A stretch of 64,000 bases of DNA from positions 45,809-109,808 of the forward strand of contig CAIVJR010000007.1 in the NCBI GenBank assembly GCA_903906305.1. The letters run 5' to 3'. Every line of letters begins with the position of its first letter. Within the stretch, counting starts at the first letter, position 1. The notes under the pieces were generated by a model, which was given only the letters and a program-made list of their open reading frames with translations, was not told the DNA's origin and ran no database searches. This document shows positions 1 through 9,865 of the stretch, piece by piece. The position numbers and the translations under genes are program-made. The DNA comes from an uncultured bacterium (GTDB taxonomy: Bacteria; Patescibacteriota; Dojkabacteria; SC72).

Positions 1-155
1 CTAAAACAGGTCTATTAGCAGGTGGATACAAAACAATTGCAGATTTGAGAAATACAACTGCAACTGAGCTATTGAACTTACCTGGATTTGGAAACAAATC
101 ATTGAATGAAGTTATCGAACTTTTAAATCAGTACGGTGTTAATATTAAGAACTAA
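1..155 (+). CDS. rpoA: DNA-directed RNA polymerase alpha subunit, C-terminal domain (5' truncated by window edge)
   Basis: The reading frame ending at TAA 153-155 translates to ...LPGFGNKSLNEVIELLNQYGVNIKN, typical of the alpha-CTD. It sits directly upstream of rplQ, as in the conserved bacterial operon. Confidence 0.7.
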   Translation, partial: KTGLLAGGYKTIADLRNTTATELLNLPGFGNKSLNEVIELLNQYGVNIKN

Positions 156-160
156 AAAAC

Positions 161-682
161 ATGTACAAGGGTGTAAAGAAATCAAAATTAGGAAGAAAAG
201 CATCTAACAGAAAAGCATTGATGCAAAATCAATTAAGATCTTTGTTTGAAAGTGGTCATGTAGTAACTACATCTCCTAAGGCAAAAGTTCTTAAGAGCAA
301 TGCACAATCTTTAATAGCACTTGGTAAAAAGAAAAAGGGAGAACTTACATTAAGAAGAGAATTAGCAGTTACATTGAAAGAAGACGGTTTAGTAAAGAAA
401 TTTATTGAATACGTCGAAAAAGAAATTACCGGCGTCAGAAGTATAAAAATGGGATTTAGAGCTGGAGATAACGGAGAAGTAACAAAAGTTGAATTAATCG
501 GAATGGAAAAGAAGGTAAGAAAAGTTGTTAAGAAAGCTACTGAATCCGAAAAGAAAGAAGAAGTAAAAGTTGAGAATGCAGCTCCAAAGGCTAAAGTCTC
601 AAAGAGTATTTTAGATAAAGGAATAGATAAGAGTGCTACAGTTAAGAAAACTGGTAGAGCAACTTCTAGATCAGGACTTTAA
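161..682 (+). CDS. rplQ: 50S ribosomal protein L17 with a K/E-rich C-terminal extension
   Basis: The N-terminus (KSKLGRKASNRKALMQNQLRSLFESGHVVTT) matches L17. At 173 aa it is longer than the usual ~120 aa because of a low-complexity lysine/glutamate tail. Confidence 0.9.
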   Translation: MYKGVKKSKLGRKASNRKALMQNQLRSLFESGHVVTTSPKAKVLKSNAQSLIALGKKKKGELTLRRELAVTLKEDGLVKKFIEYVEKEITGVRSIKMGFRAGDNGEVTKVELIGMEKKVRKVVKKATESEKKEEVKVENAAPKAKVSKSILDKGIDKSATVKKTGRATSRSGL

Positions 683-702
683 TTAATTAGTGAAGAAATA
701 GA

Positions 703-1137
703 ATGAAATACAAGACAACTTGGACAAAAAAAGAAGATATCGAAAGAAAGTGGTATGTAGTTGATGTTAAAGATCAGATTCTTGGAAGAGCTACTACAAA
801 AATTGCATCACTTTTGATTGGAAAAGATAAAGTTGAAGCAGTTCCAAACTTTGATTGTGGTGACTATGTAATTGTAATCAATACCGATGACATCAAATTA
901 ACAAGAGAAAAAGAAACTAAGAAGATGTATTACAGACACTCTGGATTCCCAGGTGGACTTAAGGAAATAAGATTTGATGAACAGTTGAAATTAGATTCTA
1001 CAAAAATCATTAAAGATGCTGTAGTAACAATGCTTCCTCAGAACAAGCATAGAGCATTGAGAATGGCTAGATTGTTCATATATAAGGGTGCAGATCATAA
1101 ACAAAGTGGTCAAAAACCTATTGAGATTAAATTTTAA
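703..1137 (+). CDS. rplM: 50S ribosomal protein L13
   Basis: MKYKTTWTKKEDIERKWYVVDVKDQILGRATTKIASLLIGK... is the L13 signature. The rplM-rpsI arrangement is conserved. Confidence 0.9.
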   Translation: MKYKTTWTKKEDIERKWYVVDVKDQILGRATTKIASLLIGKDKVEAVPNFDCGDYVIVINTDDIKLTREKETKKMYYRHSGFPGGLKEIRFDEQLKLDSTKIIKDAVVTMLPQNKHRALRMARLFIYKGADHKQSGQKPIEIKF

Positions 1138-1148
1138 TTATATTAATA

Positions 1149-1541
1149 GTGGAGAAATATTTTGAAGGAATCGGAAGAAGAAAAACATCTACTGCAAGAG
1201 TAAGAATATATAAGGGTGATAAAGCATCTACTATTAATGGTGTTCCAGCAGTCGACTTTTTGAAAGATTATACTAAAACAGAACTCTATATCATCAGACC
1301 ATTAACAGTCTCAGGATTAGAAACTCAACATTACTTCACTGCTAAAGTAAGTGGTGGTGGTATCACTGGGCAAGCTGATGCAATCAGATTAGGTCTTTCT
1401 AGAGCAATCTGTGAGATGAATCCAGAAGCAAAACCAGCTCTAAGAAAAGAGAATCTTGTTACAAGAGATCCTAGAGAAGTTGAAAGAAAGAAATATCATC
1501 ACGTCAAAGCAAGAAAGAAACCTCAGTTCTCAAAGAGATAG
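1149..1541 (+). CDS. rpsI: 30S ribosomal protein S9 (GTG start)
   Basis: GRRKTSTARVRI...GGGITGQADAIRLGLSRA...KKYHHVKARKKPQFSKR is the S9 signature including the C-terminal basic tail. Confidence 0.9.
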   Translation: MEKYFEGIGRRKTSTARVRIYKGDKASTINGVPAVDFLKDYTKTELYIIRPLTVSGLETQHYFTAKVSGGGITGQADAIRLGLSRAICEMNPEAKPALRKENLVTRDPREVERKKYHHVKARKKPQFSKR

Positions 1542-1610
1542 TTCTTCTATTTGCCTTGGATTTTCAAATATCGTAGTATTTAACTGTATCTAAGTTAATA
1601 CCTCGCATAT

Positions 1611-2501
1611 ATGGAGAAAACCTCAAAGAAATTTTGGATATTAGTACTAGCAATACCTTTAACGGTTATTGGTATGTTTATTGGCTATCTAGTAATTACA
1701 TATGCAGATAGATATATTCAAACTAATTACGGAGTAAGCATAAAGGAAGCATCCGATGTCCCAGCCTATGACCCAACCTCAAGTAGCTACTACGGTGGTG
1801 TATACATGGATTCTGGTGCGGGCACATATATCCGAAACACAACCCAAGAAATCATAAAGACAGCCTCTATGAACATGGCTGCGGATGATATGGATAAAAC
1901 CTTAGCATCTGTAGAAGCTTTAGAAACAGAATATAATGCATCAACAACTAATCTTCAAGATTCAGGCAAAGGTGCCGACAGGTACATATATATGACCATA
2001 AAGGTTGAAGAGTCAAAGTTTGAAGATCTTTACAATGAACTTAAGGATCTTCCAGGAGAGTTTACATACTCATCAATTGGATCTAGCGACGTTACTGAAA
2101 GTGTCACCGATTTACAGAGTAGGTTAGCAAATCTCCAGAAACTAGAAACCCAGTTAAATGAAATTCTTAAATCCGCAAAAACTGTTGATGAAATTCTTTC
2201 AGTACAAAAGGAGCTTTCCACAACAAGAACAGATATCGAAGCAATACAAACTCAATTGAAGAATATAGATAATCAAACAAGCTATTCATATATCACTTTA
2301 ACCGTATCTCAGAGCTCAACAGGTACACAGCTTTCAGACAATGAATGGAGACCAGTTGGAATACTGAAAGAAGCCGGTAGAGATTTAGTAGGCTTTGCGA
2401 AATTCCTAGGAACAGGCTTAATCTATGTATTGGTATTTTCACCAGTAATCGCTGCAGTAGTTGTTCCTGTTGTATTAATACTTAAAAGAGCGAAAAAATA
2501 G
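1611..2501 (+). CDS. membrane-anchored coiled-coil protein (possibly DUF4349-like)
   Basis: It has an N-terminal TM helix, a central coiled-coil region rich in Q/L/E heptads, and a C-terminal TM helix. No catalytic motif was recognised. Confidence 0.5.
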   Translation: MEKTSKKFWILVLAIPLTVIGMFIGYLVITYADRYIQTNYGVSIKEASDVPAYDPTSSSYYGGVYMDSGAGTYIRNTTQEIIKTASMNMAADDMDKTLASVEALETEYNASTTNLQDSGKGADRYIYMTIKVEESKFEDLYNELKDLPGEFTYSSIGSSDVTESVTDLQSRLANLQKLETQLNEILKSAKTVDEILSVQKELSTTRTDIEAIQTQLKNIDNQTSYSYITLTVSQSSTGTQLSDNEWRPVGILKEAGRDLVGFAKFLGTGLIYVLVFSPVIAAVVVPVVLILKRAKK

Positions 2502-2510
2502 TATAATACA

Positions 2511-2817
2511 GGGCGCAAGTATTCCTAGATGATTGCTCTTGCTATTTTGGTGAGAGAGGAAAGTCCGGACTCTATGTCGGTCTCGAATATTTCGAGATAG
2601 GTGCCAGTGTGAGCTGGAAGGGAGTGATCTTTTGGTTAAAAGGGCAACAGAAAGTTATACCGCCTCGAAAGAGGTAAGGGTGAAATGGTGGTGTAAGAGA
2701 CCACCGGGTATTGTAGTAATACAATATTGCGAGGCAACCCCCACCTAGAGCAAGGTTAAAACCGCTTAGATAGATAATCATCATAAACAGAATTCGGCTT
2801 ATTGGGTGCTTGCGCAC
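2511..2817 (+). ncRNA. rnpB: RNase P RNA, bacterial type A, compact (~305 nt)
   Basis: It contains GAGGAAAGUCCGGACUC (P4 5' strand), AGGGCAACAGAAAG, GGUGAAAUGGUGGUGUAAGAGACCACC and ACAGAAUUCGGCUUA (P4 3' strand). The P1 helix pairs GCGCAAG (2513-2519) with CUUGCGC (2809-2815). Confidence 0.85.
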
Positions 2818-2840
2818 TTTCATACATACAAACAGGGGTA

Positions 2841-3815
2841 TTAGATATCTCTTCCAATTCCATTTAGGAATTCTCTTTCATTAGTTTTGTTTCTTCCTTC
2901 AATCTGGAACTCAAAAACCCTGAGGGATACAAGTGGGTCTCTAGTTGCGAATAACACCTTGCCATCATATGCAAATATCTCTCCTGGATCTTTCTCTGAA
3001 GGAATTTCTACTAGCTCTGCTCTAAAAATCTTCATAATCTTTCCTGATATATTCTTGTTTAAACTTGTAGAAAGCTTAGTCCAAGCAATTGGCCATGGAA
3101 TGAAAGCACGTACCATACGTTCAATCTCCTGTGGAGTCTTGTTCTGCCAATCAATCTCAGCATTCTCCTTAGAAATATCCTTTTGCCAACAATACGTAGC
3201 TTCTTCATCAATCTGCTTTCTTGCAGATATTCCATCATTAATCCATTGCTCTAAAACATCGCCTAAAATCTCTGCACTCTTCTTAACTAATCTCTGCCTT
3301 AAGGAAAGATTGGTATCTGTGTCTTTGATTTCTTCTTCGTAAATATCCAATACATCTCCTTCATCTAATCCATCGGACATAAGCATTATGGAAATGCCCG
3401 TAATTTTCTGACCATCCAATATCGCTTTTTGTATTGGGACTGCACCTCGATACTGTGGAAGGATTGAGAAGTGAACATTAATACATTTGTATATTGGATA
3501 TTCTAGAAATTCTTTTGGAATTATTTCTCCAAAAGCCTTACATACAACTAATTCAGGTTTGAATTTGTCTAAAGCTTTTTGATACAACTCAGGTTTCTTG
3601 TCTGTGTGGAATACAGGAATTCTATTTTCTACTGCATATTCCTTAACTTCTGATGGAGTAGAGATTTGTTTTCTTCCGACCAATTTGTCCGGTGTAGTTA
3701 TAACTCCTACGATATCAAATCGCTCATCTTCAAGAAGTGCTTTTAGCGTTGCAACAGATTCCCACCCCGTTCCGAGAAATAGTATTTTTACAGGTTCCTT
3801 TATTAAATCTCTCAT
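2841..3815 (-). CDS. fmt: methionyl-tRNA formyltransferase
   Basis: The N-terminal formyltransferase domain shows ILFLGTG...; the HFSILPQYRG and WPIAW motifs are present. Confidence 0.9.
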   Translation of the reverse strand: MRDLIKEPVKILFLGTGWESVATLKALLEDERFDIVGVITTPDKLVGRKQISTPSEVKEYAVENRIPVFHTDKKPELYQKALDKFKPELVVCKAFGEIIPKEFLEYPIYKCINVHFSILPQYRGAVPIQKAILDGQKITGISIMLMSDGLDEGDVLDIYEEEIKDTDTNLSLRQRLVKKSAEILGDVLEQWINDGISARKQIDEEATYCWQKDISKENAEIDWQNKTPQEIERMVRAFIPWPIAWTKLSTSLNKNISGKIMKIFRAELVEIPSEKDPGEIFAYDGKVLFATRDPLVSLRVFEFQIEGRNKTNEREFLNGIGRDI

Positions 3816-3861
3816 ATTGCTAATTTTAACTTAATCCATGAAAAATTGATATAATACGACC

Positions 3862-4887
3862 ATGAAAATGTCAGAATTCATATACAATTTACCAGAAGAG
3901 AAGATAGCTAAGTTTCCCCCAGAAGTAAGAGGTACCACAAACCTACTTGTTTTAGACAGAAAGGATGGAAGTTTAGATCACAAAAAGTATTTCAATATTC
4001 CAGAATATATACAACCTGGAGATGTAGTTGTACTTAACGAAACTAAGGTTGAGAAAAGAAGAACATTCTTTCTAACCGCAAATGAAAGAAAATTGGAAGT
4101 GCTTTTCCTGAATAGGATTGGAGATGGAAGATGGTATTGCCTCATAAAGGGATCGAGATATGTAAAGCCTGGAGATATCCTAAAAGGAGAGGAAGATGAA
4201 AATATTAAGATAAAGATAAGTGAAAGAAGTAATATGGGATTTTTGGTTGAACCAATGGCTGAAGAAGGAGAAAAGATTTTTGACAAGATTGGTCATACAC
4301 CAATTCCCCCATATATGAAAAGACCGGATACTAAAGAAGATTATGTAAGATACAATACGGTATTTGCACGTCTCCTGGGCTCCGTAGCGGCCCCTACAGC
4401 GAGTTTAAACCTCACAGATGAAATACTAGCCCAAATACAGCAAAAAGGGGCTAAAATCGTTAAGGTAGAGCTAAAAGTAGGTTGGGGGACATTTGCACCA
4501 ATTAGGGAGGAAAATATTGAAGAACATGACATTCATAAAGAGGAAATAGCGATATCAGTTGAATCAGCAGAGATAATTAATCAAGCAAAAAGAACAGGGA
4601 AGAAGGTGTGGGCATTTGGAACTACAGTAGCAAGGACATTGGAAACTGTAAGTAATGAAAAAGGATTAGTAGAAGAATATTCTGGAGAGACCCAGTTATA
4701 CATATACCCAGGATATACATGGAAATGTGTGGATCATTTAGTAACTAATTTCCACATGCCAGATTCAAGCCTCATATTATTAGTTTCCTCATTTGCTGGA
4801 ACTGAATTCATTAAGAGGGCATATCAAGAAGCATTGGATAATGGATATAAATTCCTTAGCTATGGTGATAGCATGTTAATAATCTAA
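3862..4887 (+). CDS. queA: S-adenosylmethionine:tRNA ribosyltransferase-isomerase
   Basis: The N-terminal YNLPEEKIAKFP and overall QueA layout are present. It is adjacent to tgt. Confidence 0.9.
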   Translation: MKMSEFIYNLPEEKIAKFPPEVRGTTNLLVLDRKDGSLDHKKYFNIPEYIQPGDVVVLNETKVEKRRTFFLTANERKLEVLFLNRIGDGRWYCLIKGSRYVKPGDILKGEEDENIKIKISERSNMGFLVEPMAEEGEKIFDKIGHTPIPPYMKRPDTKEDYVRYNTVFARLLGSVAAPTASLNLTDEILAQIQQKGAKIVKVELKVGWGTFAPIREENIEEHDIHKEEIAISVESAEIINQAKRTGKKVWAFGTTVARTLETVSNEKGLVEEYSGETQLYIYPGYTWKCVDHLVTNFHMPDSSLILLVSSFAGTEFIKRAYQEALDNGYKFLSYGDSMLII

Positions 4888-4889
4888 CT

Positions 4890-5924
4890 ATGAATATACA
4901 AGATTTTGGTAAAAAATATGTCTTTATGCCTGATGCCACTAGAGGAGCGGTTAGATTTTTGACGACTGAACAGTTAAAAGGAACTGGAACAACGGCGCTA
5001 GTTACAAATACTTTACATTTGTTAATGAATCCTGGCCCTAAAAGAATGCTGGAATTAGGTGGTATCAAGAAGCTCATGAACTGGGATGGTATTGTTTTAA
5101 CTGATTCTGGAGGATTCCAAGTATTTTCATTGATTCATTCTGGTAAATGGAAGGGTAAAGTACATGAGAATGGTGCTACATTTCATTCTCCATGGACGGG
5201 TGATGTGTATGAATTAACTCCAGAGAGTTCAATTGATATACAAATCAAAATAGGATCAGATATTTTAGTTACATTAGATGATTGTAGGGGTACTGATTTG
5301 AGTAGAGAGGATGCAGAACAATCGGTAGATAGGACAATTAAATGGGCAAAGAGGTGTAAAGATCATTTTGAAAATGTATATGGTGGTACTAAAGAGACAG
5401 GGAAACTTTTGAGTTGTGTTGTACAGGGTGCCAATTTCCCAGATTTAAGAAAGAAATGTGCAGAGGAATTAACGAAAATAGGATTTGATGGATACAACTT
5501 TGGAGGATTTGTAGTGGATAAGGATGGGGAGTTGGTGATTGATGAAATGAAAGCGGTTATAGATAATACTCCAAAGGATAAGTTTAAATATGCAATGGGA
5601 GTAGGTAAGCCTGAGGATATTCGAAGAGCTGCAAAGATTGGGTATACAGTTTTTGATACTGTACTTGTTACTAGAAATGCTAGACATGGGACTTTGTATT
5701 CTTCTGATATTGAAGATGAGGTTTTAAGGATTACCAATCAAGATTATTCTATTGATGAAAGACCTATTGATTCAAAATGTGATTGTTATACTTGCAAAAA
5801 CCATAGTAGGGCATATGTACATCAGATGTTAAAGGTTGGCGAAGCTACAGGTATGACTTTAGCTACAATACACAACTTGAGGTATTATCAAAGACTTATT
5901 GAGGACCTAAACGCAGGTCTCTAA
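4890..5924 (+). CDS. tgt: queuine tRNA-ribosyltransferase
   Basis: LTDSGGFQVFSL is present, and so is the zinc site CDCYTCKNHSRAY..H. Confidence 0.9.
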   Translation: MNIQDFGKKYVFMPDATRGAVRFLTTEQLKGTGTTALVTNTLHLLMNPGPKRMLELGGIKKLMNWDGIVLTDSGGFQVFSLIHSGKWKGKVHENGATFHSPWTGDVYELTPESSIDIQIKIGSDILVTLDDCRGTDLSREDAEQSVDRTIKWAKRCKDHFENVYGGTKETGKLLSCVVQGANFPDLRKKCAEELTKIGFDGYNFGGFVVDKDGELVIDEMKAVIDNTPKDKFKYAMGVGKPEDIRRAAKIGYTVFDTVLVTRNARHGTLYSSDIEDEVLRITNQDYSIDERPIDSKCDCYTCKNHSRAYVHQMLKVGEATGMTLATIHNLRYYQRLIEDLNAGL

Positions 5925-6140
5925 ACCTCTTCATTGAGGAATTCCCCTAAAAATGATATGATTAAAAGTCCTATGATTAAACACTTTTATACTATTGAAT
6001 GTATTTGTAATGATTATTAATTTTATGAAATCGATTTCTAATAAAATTAAAGAGAATAATTCATTAAAACGCAGCTATTCGGCTGTGTCTTTTCACAAAA
6101 GCGTTTAAGGGGACATATTAAATTTTAATTAGAGAGCATA

Positions 6141-7661
6141 ATGGAAGCATTAGCTATAATTGTTGCCATACTGGCAAGTGCTGGAGGCTCTTTCGCTGTA
6201 CTTAAATATGTATTTAAGTGGGTAAATGTAAATAAAATCCCAGAAGCAGAGATAGAAGCAGCCGCAAAGAAAATGATGAGTAAGAAGTTTGAAGAATCTG
6301 AACAGGAGCTTGCAGAACTTCGAGAGAGAGAAGAGAAAAGACTTAAGGATATGCGAAGAGAAAATACTGAGCATGAAGAAATTCTCATCGAGAGAGAAAA
6401 GACCTTAAACAAAAGATCAAAGATCTTAGATGACAAGAGTGAAGAATTAGAGACTAAGGATGGAGAATTAAAAGAAGCCATTAAAAGAACTGAAGAAACA
6501 AGAACTCAACTTAAAACTGAGTTAGAAAAGATATCAGGACTTTCAAGAGAAGAAGCTACTGAAAAATTTAAGAAAGAAATAGAAGAAGATCTTAAAGGAT
6601 TTGAAGCTCAGAAAATCAGACAAGCTGAAAAGAATATTGAAGCTGTGGCTGATGAAAAAGCACGACATATACTTGTTGATTCAATGCAGAGAGTTGCTAC
6701 AGACTATGTTGGTGAGACTACTACAAAGAGTATCAAGGTTGAAGATGAGAAAGTTAAAGGTAGAATTATCGGTAAAGAAGGTAGAAATATCAGGGCATTT
6801 GAACAGATAACAGGAGTTGATGTCATCGTTGATGAATCTCCAACATCCATAGGTTTGTCTTCATTTGATCCATTGAGAAGAGAAATAGCTTTTGTAGCTA
6901 TGACTAAACTCATAGGGGATGGAAGAATCCACCCAGGAGCTATTGAGGAATGTGTAAGAAAAGCAAAAAATGAGATTTCATTAGAAATTAAGAAAAATGG
7001 AGAAATCCTTGCTGAAGAAGCTGGATGGCCAGATATTGATCTTGGACTTTTGAAGTTAATTGGAAAGATGAAATATCGAACCAGTTATGGTCAGTCATTG
7101 ATGTCCCATACAATCGAAGTAATTAGATTGGGAGAAGTATTGGCTGCAGAAGTCGGTGCTGATGTATCTTTAGTGAAGAGAGCAGCATTGCTTCATGATG
7201 TTGGAAAAGTTTTGACTCACAAGGTTGATCTTCCTCACCACCATATCTCAGGACAGGTTGCTAGAAAGTATTTGCTAAGCGACAAGCTTGTAAATGCTAT
7301 CGAGTCACACCACTTAGATATTGAGCCTACATCTGTAGAAGCAGTTTTAGTCTATCTTGCTGATGCAATTTCTGGATCAAGACCAGGTGCAAGAAAAGAT
7401 AGCTACGAGCAGTATATACAGAGAATCGAAGGTATTGAGAATGCTGCAAAGGATGTAGCAGGTGACAAGATTGCTGACGTATTCGCAATCAGAGCTGGAA
7501 GAGAATTGAGAGTAATTGTTAAACCAATCATGGTTTCAGATGATGAAGCTAAGGTTATGGCAAAGCAAATAGCTCAAGCAATTGAGAAAACTCAAAGCTA
7601 TCCAGGCAATGTTGAAGTCACAGTTATTAGAGAAACAAGGGCAATTGAGGTAGCTAGATAA
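6141..7661 (+). CDS. rny: ribonuclease Y
   Basis: It has an N-terminal TM helix and coiled coil, a KH domain (KGRIIGKEGRNIRAFEQITGVDVIVDE) and an HD domain (LLHDVGK). Confidence 0.9.
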   Translation: MEALAIIVAILASAGGSFAVLKYVFKWVNVNKIPEAEIEAAAKKMMSKKFEESEQELAELREREEKRLKDMRRENTEHEEILIEREKTLNKRSKILDDKSEELETKDGELKEAIKRTEETRTQLKTELEKISGLSREEATEKFKKEIEEDLKGFEAQKIRQAEKNIEAVADEKARHILVDSMQRVATDYVGETTTKSIKVEDEKVKGRIIGKEGRNIRAFEQITGVDVIVDESPTSIGLSSFDPLRREIAFVAMTKLIGDGRIHPGAIEECVRKAKNEISLEIKKNGEILAEEAGWPDIDLGLLKLIGKMKYRTSYGQSLMSHTIEVIRLGEVLAAEVGADVSLVKRAALLHDVGKVLTHKVDLPHHHISGQVARKYLLSDKLVNAIESHHLDIEPTSVEAVLVYLADAISGSRPGARKDSYEQYIQRIEGIENAAKDVAGDKIADVFAIRAGRELRVIVKPIMVSDDEAKVMAKQIAQAIEKTQSYPGNVEVTVIRETRAIEVAR

Positions 7662-7686
7662 GTATCTTCTAGTAGTAATTGCTATA

Positions 7687-7717
7687 GGGGAAGCACAGTT
7701 ATATGCTTCCCCTTTTT
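7687..7717 (+). terminator. rho-independent terminator after rny
   Basis: GGGGAAGCA-CAGTTATA-TGCTTCCCC forms a hairpin followed by TTTTT. Confidence 0.5.
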
Positions 7718-8037
7718 GTTCTCCGTACCAATGTTCAACTGAATTTTCTCTAGATAATGAAACATACCGCCATATGTGTGAAAATGCCCGTATAATGGCA
7801 TAACTGGTAAAATTTTGTATTTTTTAATAATTTAGGTATACCTTTTATGTTTCAAATTTTGAATCATTAAGAAACCCTGTTATAACAAAGTTTTTGTACA
7901 TCTCCTCCTCGGTCCTGTAGTAAAGTAGATGCTTGACGATTAGCTTGATATAACCTATTTTTAAGTTGGATATGCACAGAGACCCTATTAATATTTGGCA
8001 TCTGGCATAGTATCTCTTAAGAAAGGAGGCCATCATT

Positions 8038-8307
8038 ATGTTGAAAAAAGATTTAGTAGATAAAATTGCATCTACAGGTTTAACAAAGAGACAAGCTGGT
8101 GATGCTTTGGACGCAGTCCTAGAAGCAATCTCAGGATCTCTAAAGAACGGTGAAGCTGTTCTTTTGACAGGATTCGGTAAATTTGAAGTTAGAACAAGAG
8201 CAGCAAGAACAGGAATCAACCCTAAGACTCTTGCAAAGATTCAATTACCTGAAACTAAGGTTCCAGCATTCAAACCTGGAAAGGCTTTGAAAGCTGCAGT
8301 AAAGTAA
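8038..8307 (+). CDS. hup: DNA-binding protein HU
   Basis: MLKKDLVDKIA...KRQAGDALDAV...GFGKFEVRTRAARTGINPKT is a canonical HU/IHF fold. A GGAGG ribosome-binding site lies 7 nt upstream. Confidence 0.9.
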   Translation: MLKKDLVDKIASTGLTKRQAGDALDAVLEAISGSLKNGEAVLLTGFGKFEVRTRAARTGINPKTLAKIQLPETKVPAFKPGKALKAAVK

Positions 8308-8344
8308 GTACCGCCGGTATTTATTTGCAGATAAGGTAGATGAA

Positions 8345-8373
8345 GGGGACCCAATAAAATGGGTCCTTTTTCT
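8345..8373 (+). terminator. rho-independent terminator after hup
   Basis: GGGACCCA-ATAAAA-TGGGTCC forms a hairpin followed by TTTTTCT. Confidence 0.55.
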
Positions 8374-8475
8374 ATTAAAACCCTTATCAAGCTACAAACT
8401 ATGTCTGATATATGAATTTCCTCTCGACTATTTAGTTTAAATACCTTAAACTGGATAAATATATAAACGCCCAAT

Positions 8476-9852
8476 ATGAAGAACTTCTTTATTCCAACTG
8501 AAAAGAATAAGTACAAACCATACCTCCTACGAAAAATAGCTTTAGTTGCATATTCACTTCTACTAATCTTTGTTAATAGCTTTGGTGGAATATTCGGTAT
8601 AGATCAAGCCCAGGCTAGTAACATTTCACCTAGTAATATCATTGAATTAACCAATCAGGAAAGAGCTGCTAACGGTTTGAACACATTAAAAGAAAACTCA
8701 GCCCTTGCTGCAGCCGCATTAGCAAAGGCAAATAACATGTTTGAAGTCCAATATTGGGATCATTTTGGTCCTAATGGAGAGACCCCATGGCAATTCATAC
8801 GTGCTGAAGAATATAACTATGTGTATGCAGGAGAGAACTTAGCAAAAGGGTTTCAAACCACTGAGGGTGTACATGAAGCATGGATGGCTAGCCCAACCCA
8901 CGCTGCAAATATCATGAGTGCAAATTACAAGGATATTGGAGTCGCTGTAGTCCAAGGAACGCTTCTTGGTAAGCAAACAACCCTAGTAGTCCAGATGTTC
9001 GGAAATCTTACTACAGAGGTCGCTAGTGCCACTACAGGGGGATCTAAGACTACTACTTCGGGTGGAACTGTCATAGGAACGGAACATGGGGATATAAAGA
9101 GCATAATGATTACATCTCCAGTACAATCGTCAATATCTACTGATCCTGGTATCAATGTAGCTGGTGAGGTCAAAAATGTTGATGGTCAGTACACAGTAGA
9201 GGTATATGATCAATCAAATGTGGTAGGCGAAACATCATCGAATACTAGTAACTGGGAATTTGATAAAGAGAGTGATTGGTCAGAAGGAACTCACGTATTA
9301 AAAGCACAGATCAAAGGAGAGGAAACAGTATCTCCAAATGTAACTTTCTCTGTTGATTCTACACCCCCAATGGTTGAGACAGCCTCAATATCTGTTAAAC
9401 AAAATGGTGAAAACTATGTTTTAAGCTTTAAAATAGATGAAACTTGGGTAGACCTTCGGGTTGTAAATGGAGCTACATCAATTCCTGTAACATCTGAAAA
9501 TAAAACAGAGATCATTTTAGAAATTTCTGTTAAAGGATTAGGAAACAAAGTAGTCATAATGGCAACTGATGCACAAGGAAACATATCCCAATTAGATATA
9601 ACGGAATATTTCCCAGATGAAGAGAGTAGTAAGGGTGCAAGTATAATATTGAGTTTGGTTAACGCAAACATTGGAGATCAGATAAGTATTGGCATTGTAG
9701 CTCTAATTTTTGTATTGTTGTGTATTGAAATTTTTGTATACTGGAAGAAAGGGAAATTAAAGGATATAACAGGGGATTTATTTACAGTTGGTACATGGTG
9801 GTTAATACTTACAATTGCAATATTTAATGGGTTTACTGGTTTAATTAATTAA
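8476..9852 (+). CDS. CAP/SCP (YkwD-like) domain protein with C-terminal transmembrane helices
   Basis: It has a signal-anchor. The CAP domain motifs are LTNQERAANGL, GENLA, HEAWMASPTHAANI and YKDIGVAV. Two TM helices sit at the C-terminal end. Confidence 0.7.
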   Translation: MKNFFIPTEKNKYKPYLLRKIALVAYSLLLIFVNSFGGIFGIDQAQASNISPSNIIELTNQERAANGLNTLKENSALAAAALAKANNMFEVQYWDHFGPNGETPWQFIRAEEYNYVYAGENLAKGFQTTEGVHEAWMASPTHAANIMSANYKDIGVAVVQGTLLGKQTTLVVQMFGNLTTEVASATTGGSKTTTSGGTVIGTEHGDIKSIMITSPVQSSISTDPGINVAGEVKNVDGQYTVEVYDQSNVVGETSSNTSNWEFDKESDWSEGTHVLKAQIKGEETVSPNVTFSVDSTPPMVETASISVKQNGENYVLSFKIDETWVDLRVVNGATSIPVTSENKTEIILEISVKGLGNKVVIMATDAQGNISQLDITEYFPDEESSKGASIILSLVNANIGDQISIGIVALIFVLLCIEIFVYWKKGKLKDITGDLFTVGTWWLILTIAIFNGFTGLIN

Positions 9853-9865
9853 AATTTACTGCCCA

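Noticed and set aside
2572-2823. 83-aa minus-strand ORF
   Set aside because: It lies entirely within the RNase P RNA gene, so it is a shadow ORF.
7933-7973. Promoter for hup (TTGACG ... TATTTT or TTGATA ... GGATAT)
   Set aside because: Both candidate -10 elements are poor, and I could not choose between the alternatives, so nothing was annotated.
7845-8219. 124-aa minus-strand ORF
   Set aside because: It is antisense to the well-supported hup gene and its upstream region, and it has no motif.
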